Part shown: piece by piece, positions 17,737-26,726 of the stretch
Layout: the number at the start of each line of letters is the position of its first letter
How positions within the stretch are numbered: position 1 is the first letter of the stretch
Source of the DNA: Alphaproteobacteria bacterium
GTDB taxonomy: Bacteria; Pseudomonadota; Alphaproteobacteria; Rs-D84
DNA: 38,193 nucleotides
Assembly (NCBI GenBank): GCA_017618595.1
Contig: JAFZTZ010000022.1
Location: 1-38,193, forward strand
Direction: 5' to 3'
Position numbers and translations under genes: made by a program
The notes under the pieces: model-generated
What the model saw: the letters and a program-made list of their open reading frames with translations, nothing else
Told to the model about the DNA's origin: nothing
The model's database searches: none

Positions 17737-18702
17737 TTATGGTAATTGCAATTCCAACAAGTGCATCACCGGCTTCATAAATTCTGGTACTGGTGCACGG
17801 AAAGTTACAATTTTCCCTGTTGACGGATGTTGGATTGTAATCTTGTACGCAAACAAAAACAAATTGTTTGTTGCCAAAACAGATTGCAACCCTGGATCCA
17901 TTTCTTTACCACGACCATATAAATCATCACCAACTATTGGTGCGCCCAAACAAAACGCGCTATGCATACGCAATTGGTGTGTGCGCCCGGTCTTTGGCAT
18001 AAACAACACCCATGTCAGCATACCCGATGCACGCGACAATACGCGATATTCTGTAACCGCATGATGTGGCCGCGCGCCCGTTCCATTTTCACGTGTTGGC
18101 GCATCAAATACACGGCCCTTTAATAAATAATTGTCTATGGTTCCGCGCGATTCGGCAACATCGCCATTTAACAGCGCCAAATATTCTTTATGCGCGGTTT
18201 TATTTTGAAATGCGTGCGATAAAACCTGGGCTGCATGTTGATTTTTTGCGACCACCAACAGGCCACTGGTTTCCATATCCAACCGATGAACCAATGATAT
18301 TTTTGCATACGGAAATAACGCCGCCGCCATTTTATCTATGGATTTACGAATACCCGTGCCACCTTGGACTGCAAGGCCCGCAGGTTTATTAAATACGACA
18401 ATATCATCATCACTGTGAATTATGGTTTGGCGCAATTTTTCCAAATCTGTTAGCGAAAATTTTTCCCCGGATTCATCTTTTTTTGGTGCAACCAAATAAC
18501 TGCTAATTGTTGGCGGAATGCGCACGGCATCCCCTTCGTGCAAAATCTCCATACCCTTGCACCGCGCAGAATTAACGCGCACCTGACCACCACGGCACAA
18601 ACGATAAAATTCGCGTTGTGGCATCGACGGGAAATGCCGCAAGAACCACCGCAGCAGTCGTGTTCCATCTTCAACCGGCGAAACAATAATTGTATCCGCC
18701 AT
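17737..18702 (-). CDS. rluC: 23S rRNA pseudouridine synthase, RluA family (RluC/RluD-like) with an S4 domain
   Basis: It has an N-terminal S4-like domain, the catalytic HRLDMETSGLLVVAKN motif and the downstream motifs KEYLALL and GRTHQLR. Confidence 0.8.
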   Translation of the reverse strand: MADTIIVSPVEDGTRLLRWFLRHFPSMPQREFYRLCRGGQVRVNSARCKGMEILHEGDAVRIPPTISSYLVAPKKDESGEKFSLTDLEKLRQTIIHSDDDIVVFNKPAGLAVQGGTGIRKSIDKMAAALFPYAKISLVHRLDMETSGLLVVAKNQHAAQVLSHAFQNKTAHKEYLALLNGDVAESRGTIDNYLLKGRVFDAPTRENGTGARPHHAVTEYRVLSRASGMLTWVLFMPKTGRTHQLRMHSAFCLGAPIVGDDLYGRGKEMDPGLQSVLATNNLFLFAYKITIQHPSTGKIVTFRAPVPEFMKPVMHLLELQLP

Positions 18703-18705
18703 AGA

Positions 18706-19170
18706 CTATTCGCCGTATGTTATTTTCACAATATTTTTTCCGTTGCCCAAATTGCACATACCTGTTGCACCACTTTGTTTGCCATCGGAATTCATATATC
18801 CAACCGAATCGGCCCAGGCCTTGGTCGCAAAATATTCACAATCCGCATCGGCCAATCCAGTAACAGACACAACAAATTGACGCGAATTTGCCGGATCAAC
18901 AGACAATTCATATGTCCCACCATATGGATTCTTGGAAGACATACCCATAACACTAAATATTGTTGAACTGTTTATGTTGGAAAAGTCATCATATTCGCCC
19001 AATAACTGGCGCACACCCATTACAATCTGTATGACTTCTTCGTTTACCGTGTTGCGCTTTTGCGTACGCATTGCACTTGAAATCAAAAGAATTGCACCGC
19101 CCGTGATGACGCCCATAATGGCAAGCACCCCAAGCATTTCTATCATTGAACGACCAGATTCATGTTTCAT
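18706..19170 (-). CDS. Type IV pilin / pseudopilin-like protein with an atypical class III signal peptide
   Basis: MKHESG|RSMIEMLGVLAIMGVITGG has Gly at -1, Glu at +5 and a hydrophobic alpha1-N helix. A C-terminal Cys pair (DADC...GMC) fits a D-region. Position +1 is Arg rather than Phe or Met. Confidence 0.65.
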   Translation of the reverse strand: MKHESGRSMIEMLGVLAIMGVITGGAILLISSAMRTQKRNTVNEEVIQIVMGVRQLLGEYDDFSNINSSTIFSVMGMSSKNPYGGTYELSVDPANSRQFVVSVTGLADADCEYFATKAWADSVGYMNSDGKQSGATGMCNLGNGKNIVKITYGE

Positions 19171-19221
19171 TTGTTTTTCCTTTATTTGCTATTTTAATAC
19201 TTTTATTCTATCATAATCACT

Positions 19222-20646
19222 ATGAATATTCAATTCAACGATTTAATTGTTAATGCCCCAAGTTCGCCGGGGGTATATCGTATGTATGGTGCCGATGGCA
19301 CCCTGTTGTACGTGGGCAAGGCAAAAAATCTTGCCAACCGGCTGAATCAGTACGTGGACGTGTCCAAATTGGAATTGCATAAACAGGTTATGCGGTCATT
19401 GGTTACGCGGGTCGAATGGGAAATCACACCCACGGAATCAGACGCGCTTATTTTGGAAGAAAAACTGATTAAAACCGAAAAGCCTAAATACAACATTATG
19501 CTGACCGACGGGAAAATGTACCCAATGTTGGCATTAACAAATCATAAATTTCCACGTCTTTTGAAATTCCGTGGCAAAATATCACAAAAACGTGATGTAT
19601 ATGGTCCATATCCATCGGTTCAGGCCCTTAATGAAACCATCAAGATGATTCAAAAGGTTTGTCGCATTCGGACCTGCACCGATACATTTATGAATAATCG
19701 CGTGCGACCATGTTTGCTGTATCAAATTGGACGATGCAGCGCACCATGCACAATGCAGGTTCCCGACTATGATGAAAATGTAAAACTTGCACGCAGAATT
19801 TTAACAGGCGATAGCGAACCAATTATTACCGAACTATCCGAACAAATGAAAAAATTATCGGACAATATGGATTATGAAAACGCAGGAATAATTCGTGATA
19901 AAATTGCGGCATTAACAAAAACATCTATTCGTGGCATACGAACAAATCTGCCGTATAGAACAAAATCTTATGATAACACAAATTGGAACGAAACTGTATC
20001 AGAAATGGAAAAATGGATCGGCAAAAAAATAAATTATGTTGGTGTATTTGATAATTCACATTTGTTCGGCACAAACCCGGTTGGTGCAATGATAGCATTT
20101 GGCCATGATGGTTTTATAAAAAGTGGGTACCGTCATTTTAAATTACGCGATCGCGCACGCGCCGGAAATGATATTGCAATGATGCAAGAATTTGTATCAC
20201 GCGCCATCGAAAACAATCCAAACATAGATTTAATAATTGTTGATGGTGGACGCGCCCAATGGAATATTGCACACGAAACCGCACCAAACATCGCGGTCAT
20301 TGGTGTCACCAAAGGCGAAGTCCGCAATGGTGATGAACACTTTATTATGCCAGATGGGACCGAATATCGCACCATGCCAAAAGATTCAAAATTATTTTTA
20401 TTACTGCGCCATGTTCGTGACGAAGCGCACAGATTTGTTATCACATACCATCGCACAACACGTGCAAAATCTATGACGGGGTCATGTCTTGATGAAATAG
20501 ATGGTATCGGCGCAACACGTAAAAAGTTATTATTAAATCATTTTGGTTCTGTTCGTGCGATTATGGACGCAGATATAAATGCATTGGTTCGTGTCCCGGG
20601 TCTTGGGAAATCGGCGGCACAAAAAATATATAACCATTTTCATTAA
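19222..20646 (+). CDS. uvrC: Excinuclease ABC subunit C (compact form, 474 aa)
   Basis: It has a GIY-YIG domain (PGVYRMY...LLYVGKAKNL.NR), a Cys cluster (C..RTC...RPCLLYQIGRCSAPC) and a UVR domain (YENAGIIRDKIAAL). An endonuclease domain (FDNSH...DGGRAQ...RDEAHRF) and a C-terminal (HhH)2 follow. Confidence 0.85.
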   Translation: MNIQFNDLIVNAPSSPGVYRMYGADGTLLYVGKAKNLANRLNQYVDVSKLELHKQVMRSLVTRVEWEITPTESDALILEEKLIKTEKPKYNIMLTDGKMYPMLALTNHKFPRLLKFRGKISQKRDVYGPYPSVQALNETIKMIQKVCRIRTCTDTFMNNRVRPCLLYQIGRCSAPCTMQVPDYDENVKLARRILTGDSEPIITELSEQMKKLSDNMDYENAGIIRDKIAALTKTSIRGIRTNLPYRTKSYDNTNWNETVSEMEKWIGKKINYVGVFDNSHLFGTNPVGAMIAFGHDGFIKSGYRHFKLRDRARAGNDIAMMQEFVSRAIENNPNIDLIIVDGGRAQWNIAHETAPNIAVIGVTKGEVRNGDEHFIMPDGTEYRTMPKDSKLFLLLRHVRDEAHRFVITYHRTTRAKSMTGSCLDEIDGIGATRKKLLLNHFGSVRAIMDADINALVRVPGLGKSAAQKIYNHFH

Positions 20647-20690
20647 GTATATGTTATAATTTACAAGTAAATAACAAAGGAGAAAAGGAT

Positions 20691-21293
20691 ATGAAATTTT
20701 TTGTAAATTTTCTTTCATCGTTTCGCATTTTTGCATCTTTTGCAATTGTCGGGACAATGATGTGTGATAAATATCTGGCAACATTTATTCTATTCTTGTT
20801 GGCGGCGCTAAGCGATTTCTTTGATGGATACCTTGCCCGCAAATATAATGCATGCACAAAATTGGGGTTGGTTTTGGATAGTGTCGCCGATAAATTTTTG
20901 ATTGTTAATACATATATTATGCTGTGTCTTATAATGCAAAGATGGTTTATAATTATTCCAATTATTGTCATGATTGCCCGTGAATTGTATGTTAGCGGTC
21001 TGCGTGAATTTATGGGGACCCAGAAAATAACATTGGCACATCCAAAAACACGCCTTGCCCCAGGCAAAATTAAGGCAACAATGCAAATGATTAGCATTAT
21101 CGCATTTCTGGGTTGTTTATGGATAAGTGTATCCCTTGGTGGCGCAATTACAAATCTGAACCTGTTCGTTTACACACTATCTATCTTGTTCAACGTTGGT
21201 ATATTTTCATTGTGGTTCGCATTGGCGACAAGTATCTGGTCCGCAGCACAATACACGGTTGATTTCGCAAATCAATTAAAGAAAATAAAATAA
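20691..21293 (+). CDS. pgsA: CDP-diacylglycerol-glycerol-3-phosphate 3-phosphatidyltransferase
   Basis: It carries the CDP-alcohol phosphatidyltransferase motif DFFDGYLAR(x8)G(x3)DSVADK and is a multi-TM protein. An AAAGGAGAAAAGG RBS lies upstream. Confidence 0.8.
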   Translation: MKFFVNFLSSFRIFASFAIVGTMMCDKYLATFILFLLAALSDFFDGYLARKYNACTKLGLVLDSVADKFLIVNTYIMLCLIMQRWFIIIPIIVMIARELYVSGLREFMGTQKITLAHPKTRLAPGKIKATMQMISIIAFLGCLWISVSLGGAITNLNLFVYTLSILFNVGIFSLWFALATSIWSAAQYTVDFANQLKKIK

Positions 21294-21305
21294 TGAATTA
21301 AAAAA

Positions 21306-21332
21306 GTCCCGGCAAATTGCCGGGCTTTTTTT
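21306..21332. terminator. Bidirectional intrinsic terminator between pgsA and dnaJ
   Basis: Stem gtcccggcaa, loop a, stem ttgccgggc, followed by TTTTTTT and preceded by AAAAA. Confidence 0.7.
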
Positions 21333-21345
21333 ACACATGCCTTTT

Positions 21346-22473
21346 TTAAAACCAACCCTTTTTGGCACTTTTGGTTTCCGCAAATTCGCCAAGAATCTTT
21401 TTCTGTTTTTCAGTCAATTTCGTTGGGATAGTAATTCCAACATCTATATACAAATCACCAAACGACGAACCGCGGCCCGTTGGCATACCATGCCCACGCA
21501 CACGCAGTTTTTCACCAACCTGGGTACCGCTTGGCACCTTGACCGATAATTTTTTATCATCGATTGTTTCTATTTCTATATCCCCCCCAAGCGCAAGCGT
21601 CGTAAATGGCAAATCAACATGCATAATCAAATTTGAACCGCTGCGCTGAAACTTTTCATCGGGCCGGATGCGCACATCTAAATAGAAATCACCCGCCGGG
21701 CCACCATTTGCACCTGCTTCGCCCTGACCGCCAAGACGCAACCGCGCGCCATCTTCGATGCCCGCCGGAATTTTAACATCGATTGTTCTGTTTTTATGTA
21801 TAACACCGCTACCGTCGCAATCTGAACATTTCTTATCTATCTTGTGCCCCAGGCCATTACATTCGGGACACGGTGTTTGCATCGCGAAAAATCCGCGTTG
21901 AACATTGACATAGCCCGTTCCATGACAACGCGGGCATGTCGGTGCAGGTTTCCCATCCGCCGTTCCATACCCATTACATTTTTCACATTTGACATTACTT
22001 GAAAATTTAACCGTATGCGTTTTACCAAAATATGCATCACGCAACGATATCACAACCTCGTCCAATAAATCGCGGCCGCGTTGCTGCGCGGTGGCACCAC
22101 GCGCCCCCCCACCATCGAAACCACCAAAACCGAAACCACGCATCGCTTCGCGCAGGATATCTTCCATTCCGGCACCGCCGCCCATATCAAAATGGAATGC
22201 CCCATTACCAAATGGATTACCCCCCATACCCGCCGATGCGCCATTACCCCCAGCAAATGCGGCATCACCATAACGGTCGTACGCAGCGCGCTTTTGCGGG
22301 TCTTTTAATATGTCAAATGCGTTGTTTACTTCTTTGAATTTTTCTTCGGCAGTTTTATCCCCGGGGTTTTTATCAGGGTGATATTTCATCACCAATTTAT
22401 GATACGCCTTTTTGATATCAGTATCCGACGCATCACGCGCCACCCCAAGTACTTCATAAGGATTTTTATTCAT
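21346..22473 (-). CDS. dnaJ: Molecular chaperone DnaJ
   Basis: It has a J domain with HPD (YHPDKNPGD), a G/F-rich linker, four CxxCxGxG zinc-finger repeats and a C-terminal substrate-binding domain. Confidence 0.92.
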   Translation of the reverse strand: MNKNPYEVLGVARDASDTDIKKAYHKLVMKYHPDKNPGDKTAEEKFKEVNNAFDILKDPQKRAAYDRYGDAAFAGGNGASAGMGGNPFGNGAFHFDMGGGAGMEDILREAMRGFGFGGFDGGGARGATAQQRGRDLLDEVVISLRDAYFGKTHTVKFSSNVKCEKCNGYGTADGKPAPTCPRCHGTGYVNVQRGFFAMQTPCPECNGLGHKIDKKCSDCDGSGVIHKNRTIDVKIPAGIEDGARLRLGGQGEAGANGGPAGDFYLDVRIRPDEKFQRSGSNLIMHVDLPFTTLALGGDIEIETIDDKKLSVKVPSGTQVGEKLRVRGHGMPTGRGSSFGDLYIDVGITIPTKLTEKQKKILGEFAETKSAKKGWF

Positions 22474-22618
22474 TTTTACGGTCCGTATTTATTTCTTGCA
22501 TAAATATATAATGCACTTTCTGACAAAATCAAGCCCACAGAATTCTTATTATTTTTTCGCCAAAATGTATGTTTTTGGGCTTGCGTAAAATAAAATAATG
22601 TTCTAATAATATACCGTT

Positions 22619-24597
22619 ATGGTTGATAAAAATACACATTCTTACGATGCATCTGATATCCAGGTCCTAGAAGGTCTGGAACCCGTTCGTCTGCGTCCGG
22701 GTATGTATATTGGCGGCACCGACGAAAAGGCATGGCATCACCTGCCCGTTGAAATTATGGATAACTCTATTGACGAAGCAGTCGCGGGGTTTGCCAAGAA
22801 AATAACTGTACGCCTAATAGATTCAAAAACAATCGAAATTACCGATGATGGTCGTGGTATCCCGGTTGATGAACACCCAAAATATCCCGGTAAATCGGCA
22901 TTAGAGGTTATTTTGACCACTCTGCATTCGGGCGGAAAGTTCAATAATAATGTGTATAAAACCAGTGGCGGTTTGCACGGTGTGGGCAGCGCGGTTGTTA
23001 ACGCCCTGTCATCAAATATGGATGTCACAATTACCCGTGATGGATACGAATGGCATCAAACGTTTTCACGTGGTCGCCCAACATCAAAAATGGAACGCGG
23101 TGCAGCGTCTAAAGCACATGGAACATCTATTCGTTTCACATTGGACGACGAAATATTTGGCGCATCCGCGGTATTTAAACCAATAAAAATTTATCGTATG
23201 GCACGTGCCAAGGCGTTTTTGTCGCGCGGCGTAAAGATAGATTGGCATTGCGCACCAGAACTGCTGACCGCCGATATGGAAATTCCAACTGATACAACAT
23301 TTTACTATCCGAACGGTGTCGCAGATTTCTTGGAAGAAAAGACAAATGATAAACCGCGCATTCTGCCACGTCTGTTTTCTGGTTCCGTTGATTTCCCAGA
23401 CGACAGCGGTCGCGTAGAATGGGCGTTAACATTTTTAACCGATGAAAATGGTGCGGCATCTGACGATGGATTCTTTGCGTCATATTGCAACACAATTGCA
23501 ACAATTGACGGTGGCACACACGAAAGTGGTTTTAAATCGGCAATTACCCGCGGGATTAAGGCATACGGCGAAAAGGTTAACAACAAGGCCGCGGCAAATA
23601 TCATCGGTGATGATGTATTTGATTCGGTTGCGGCAATTGTATCTGTGTTCTATAAAACGCCTCAGTTCCTTGGACAGACCAAGGAAAAACTGTCTAACCC
23701 AGAAATCGCAAAGTATACAGAGAATGCTCTGCGTGACCCATGGGAAATGTTTTTGGCATCTGATCCAAAAACTGCAAACGCATTGTTGGAGTTTATCATC
23801 AACCTGGCCAATGCACGTATCCGCGTTAAACAGGTCAAAGAGGTTGCACGCAAAACCCCAACAAAACGTATTCGTATGCCTGCAAAACTGGCGGACTGTT
23901 CAAAACACGGTATTGCGGGAACCGAATTATTTATCGTCGAAGGTGAATCGGCGGGCGGAACCGCAAAACAGGCGCGTGATCGCGCAACACAAGCGATATG
24001 CCATTGCGTGGCAAGGTGTTAAATGTTGTATCTAATTCTGATGAACGGTTCGGAAATAACCGTGAATTGAATGATTTGATCGATATCATTGGTGCCGGGA
24101 CCACAAAAGATTGGGACGATGGCAAATTACGTTACGAGAAAATAATTATCATGACCGATGCCGATGTCGATGGCAGCCATATCGCATCATTACTTATGGC
24201 ATTTTTCTATCAATTTATGCCGCAGTTAATTTACGGGGGACATTTGTATCTATCATGTCCACCACTTTATAAATTAACCCATGGCACCGAATCGGTATAT
24301 GTGGACAGCGACGAAGAGCTGGACGCGCTAACCAATGGCAAATACAAAGGCAAAAAGGTCGAAATATCACGATTCAAAGGGCTTGGCGAAATGATGCCAA
24401 ATCAGCTAAAAGAAACGACAATGTCGCCGAAAACCCGCAGACTTATTCGTGTTGACCTGCCCCCACGCACCGACGAAGGTGCCGAAGACACCGAAAAAAC
24501 ACGTACAATTGTTTCTGAACTGATGGGTAAAAAGCCAGAGTTCCGTTTCCGGTTTATTACTGAACATGCACAATTTGTAAAAGATTTGTTTGTGTAA
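22619..24597 (+). pseudogene. parE: DNA topoisomerase IV subunit B (parE) interrupted by a 1-nt frameshift at about 23996-24000
   Basis: ORF 22619..24022 carries the GHKL ATPase (LEGLEPVRLRPGMYIGGTD, DNSIDEA, DDGRGIP, GGLHGVG) and the Toprim Glu (EGESAGG). ORF 23998..24597 starts MPLRGKVLNV and carries IMTDADVDGSHI. Homologues read ...QAILPLRGK..., whereas here the sequence is caa gcg ata tg cca ttg cgt. This may be a true mutation, a split gene or an assembly error. Confidence 0.7.
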
Positions 24598-24600
24598 TCA

Positions 24601-24629
24601 TTGACTTTCCAAAAAAATACTTTATATTT
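24601..24629 (+). promoter_or_regulatory. Candidate sigma70 promoter for the small orphan gene
   Basis: TTGACT (24601-24606), a 16-17 nt spacer, then TATATT/ATATTT. An AAAGAGG RBS lies 7 nt before the ATG at 24658. Confidence 0.4.
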
Positions 24630-24657
24630 TACCTCTGTTGTAAAAAGAGGTTTTGGT

Positions 24658-25068
24658 ATGGCAAATGAAGATACTCCTTTTAAAAATACCTATGTAATAG
24701 ATATGGGTAAATTATTAACGCACCCGTTTAATTTTATGCCAAACGGGACGATATTACCAATCGAAACGAAAAACGGTGAACATGTGACAGACGAAGTACC
24801 AAAACTTTTTTCTGAACGTCTGGTAAAAAAGATGATTAATGAATATCCAGATTTGTCTGATAGTATCGGCAGTCTTACCGCCCGCACAATCATTGAATAT
24901 ATGGATGTCAACGGCCAACCAGTTTTGACGCTTTATCCAACAAATGACACAGAACTGCATACTAATGATTGGACACACATCGACGGTCGCGTTCTGCCAG
25001 AAATTCAAAGTATCATTGCACAAAGGCAAAAACTTGTTAGTCGATATAAACTAAGTCATCCAAAATAA
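24658..25068 (+). CDS. Hypothetical 136-aa protein
   Basis: It has an ATG with a good RBS, its own promoter-like element and its own terminator. I recognise no motif in it. Confidence 0.5.
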   Translation: MANEDTPFKNTYVIDMGKLLTHPFNFMPNGTILPIETKNGEHVTDEVPKLFSERLVKKMINEYPDLSDSIGSLTARTIIEYMDVNGQPVLTLYPTNDTELHTNDWTHIDGRVLPEIQSIIAQRQKLVSRYKLSHPK

Positions 25069-25098
25069 AAAAATTTCCGATTTATATCGGAATTTTTT
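25069..25098. terminator. Bidirectional intrinsic terminator shared with dnaA
   Basis: Stem ttccgat, loop ttat, stem atcggaa, flanked by an A-run on the left and T8 on the right. Confidence 0.65.
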
Positions 25099-26379
25099 TT
25101 ATTTATATTCATCAACCAATTGGGCAATTTGTGCGGACATAACCAAATCATTTTCTTTTAATTTTTCGATGCGTTCTATTGCATACATAACCGTCGCATG
25201 ATCACGCCCCCCAACATATGCACCGATTTCGCACAACGACATCCCTGTTACCTTTTTCAAGACAACCATCATCATCTGGCGCGCCAATACCAACGCACGG
25301 GCACGACCATTTCCACAAATTGCATCGTATGACACACCCAACTTTTCACACATAGAACGAACCATCGCAACTGGTGATTTTGATTTCTTTAACGTGTCCG
25401 CCAACAATTTTTCAACAATATTTTCAGTAATCGCGCCATCCATCAATTCCATATAGGTATGAATTTTATTAACCACACCTGATATCACATGACCATCTGA
25501 ACTGATACGACCCGCGATTGTGTCCGCAATTTTTGTATCGACCCCTGCGTTAACTAACATGGTCTTGCGAACCGCACGTGATGGTGCCGCAACATCAACC
25601 ACCAACCCAGATGCAAACAATGATTGCAATCTGTGTTCAATGCCCGACAAATTACCAGGCGCCGTATTCGCCGTCAAAACAATATTCTTGCCCGCATCAC
25701 GTAATTCAATAATCAATTGTGCAAATTCTTCACATGTCGCGCGTTTCCCAGCAAGGTTTTGAACATCATCTAATATGAATGTGTCACAGTTACGGCAATA
25801 ATCTTTGAACGCAAAAATTGTTTTATCATGCAACGCACGCGCAAATTCTGCAACAAACTGGGCCCCGGACATCATTACCACACGACCATCGAACGCAGCG
25901 TTTATACAACCCGCCAACATAGTTTTTCCGCAACCCGCCGGCCCGTATATAAACAGGGGTGAAAATGTTGCGGTACCTTTTGCCATCTTTTTGCATGCCG
26001 ATACAACAAATGCATTTTCTTCAGATACAATAAATGAATCAAAATCGCCGGTTCTTTGATCTTCAACAACCGGCGCAGAATATGTTTGTGTATTATTATC
26101 ATTTGCGGTTTTACGAATTACGTTTGCACATGATACGATGCGTATTTTTACCGACATTCCATATTCGCCTGCGACCGCATTCAAAACATTTGAATATGTT
26201 GTGCTAACGAAATCCGCGGTAAATTGATTTGGAACATTTATTATCAAAGAACTATCAGAAACATTAAATTCAAGTGGTGCAATCCATGCAGAAAAACCGG
26301 CCGCATCTATTCTGGTGGATAATTCACTTTTGATCGCGTCCACCGAAACAACCTGTTTTTTTTCAAATGTCGCCTGCAT
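25099..26379 (-). CDS. dnaA: Chromosomal replication initiator DnaA
   Basis: It has AAA+ Walker A GPAGCGKTML, Walker B ILDDVQ and the C-terminal DNA-binding domain ...GGRDHATVMYAIERI... The ATG at 26379 is preceded by AAGGAAGGGG, so the 26445 start is an extension. Confidence 0.9.
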   Translation of the reverse strand: MQATFEKKQVVSVDAIKSELSTRIDAAGFSAWIAPLEFNVSDSSLIINVPNQFTADFVSTTYSNVLNAVAGEYGMSVKIRIVSCANVIRKTANDNNTQTYSAPVVEDQRTGDFDSFIVSEENAFVVSACKKMAKGTATFSPLFIYGPAGCGKTMLAGCINAAFDGRVVMMSGAQFVAEFARALHDKTIFAFKDYCRNCDTFILDDVQNLAGKRATCEEFAQLIIELRDAGKNIVLTANTAPGNLSGIEHRLQSLFASGLVVDVAAPSRAVRKTMLVNAGVDTKIADTIAGRISSDGHVISGVVNKIHTYMELMDGAITENIVEKLLADTLKKSKSPVAMVRSMCEKLGVSYDAICGNGRARALVLARQMMMVVLKKVTGMSLCEIGAYVGGRDHATVMYAIERIEKLKENDLVMSAQIAQLVDEYK

Positions 26380-26696
26380 GACGTTTCCCCTTCCTTGTTG
26401 CAAAAGAGTTTCCTGCCGGTACAAGTGTGCAAAACCCACCTGCATAGAAATACCAAATCATACCGCACTTAATGTTTCGATAAAATTTAGTATCCCTTTA
26501 TGTTTCCTACTTTTCACTCTCTCGCATATATTGTTAAAACCTAAATCTACCTATCCTTCCGATCAGAACTTGATAACCTTCCTGACTACGTGAAAACAAT
26601 TTATAAAATTCATTTCGATTTGCAACAAAATGTTAATGATTTTTTTCAAATTTATTTTTTGACACCGATTCGGATTTTTCCCAGTTTTCTGCCGTT

Positions 26697-26718
26697 TGTA
26701 TATACATTGTATATACAT
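26697..26718. repeat. Tandem duplication of an 11-bp unit containing the perfect 10-bp palindrome TGTATATACA
   Basis: TGTATATACAT occurs at 26697-26707 and again at 26708-26718. The repeat ends 8 nt before the dprA stop and lies about 320 nt upstream of the dnaA start. Confidence 0.8.
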
Positions 26719-26726
26719 ATCTTTTC

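Noticed and set aside
16622-18064. Plus-strand ORFs of 254 aa and 201 aa inside or across asmA and rluC
   Set aside because: They are antisense shadows of long, motif-supported minus-strand genes. The translations are Ser/Pro/Ile-rich and look like nonsense.
23990-24005. Programmed -1 ribosomal frameshift in parE
   Set aside because: There is no X XXY YYZ slippery heptamer and no obvious downstream structure. A simple 1-nt deletion relative to homologues explains the break.
26446-26726. A possible oriC upstream of dnaA
   Set aside because: I found no cluster of DnaA boxes. There are only weak 5-6/9 matches such as ctatccttc, and one TTATCCACC lies inside the dnaA coding region. There is no clear AT-rich unwinding repeat set and no convincing CtrA TTAA-N7-TTAA site.
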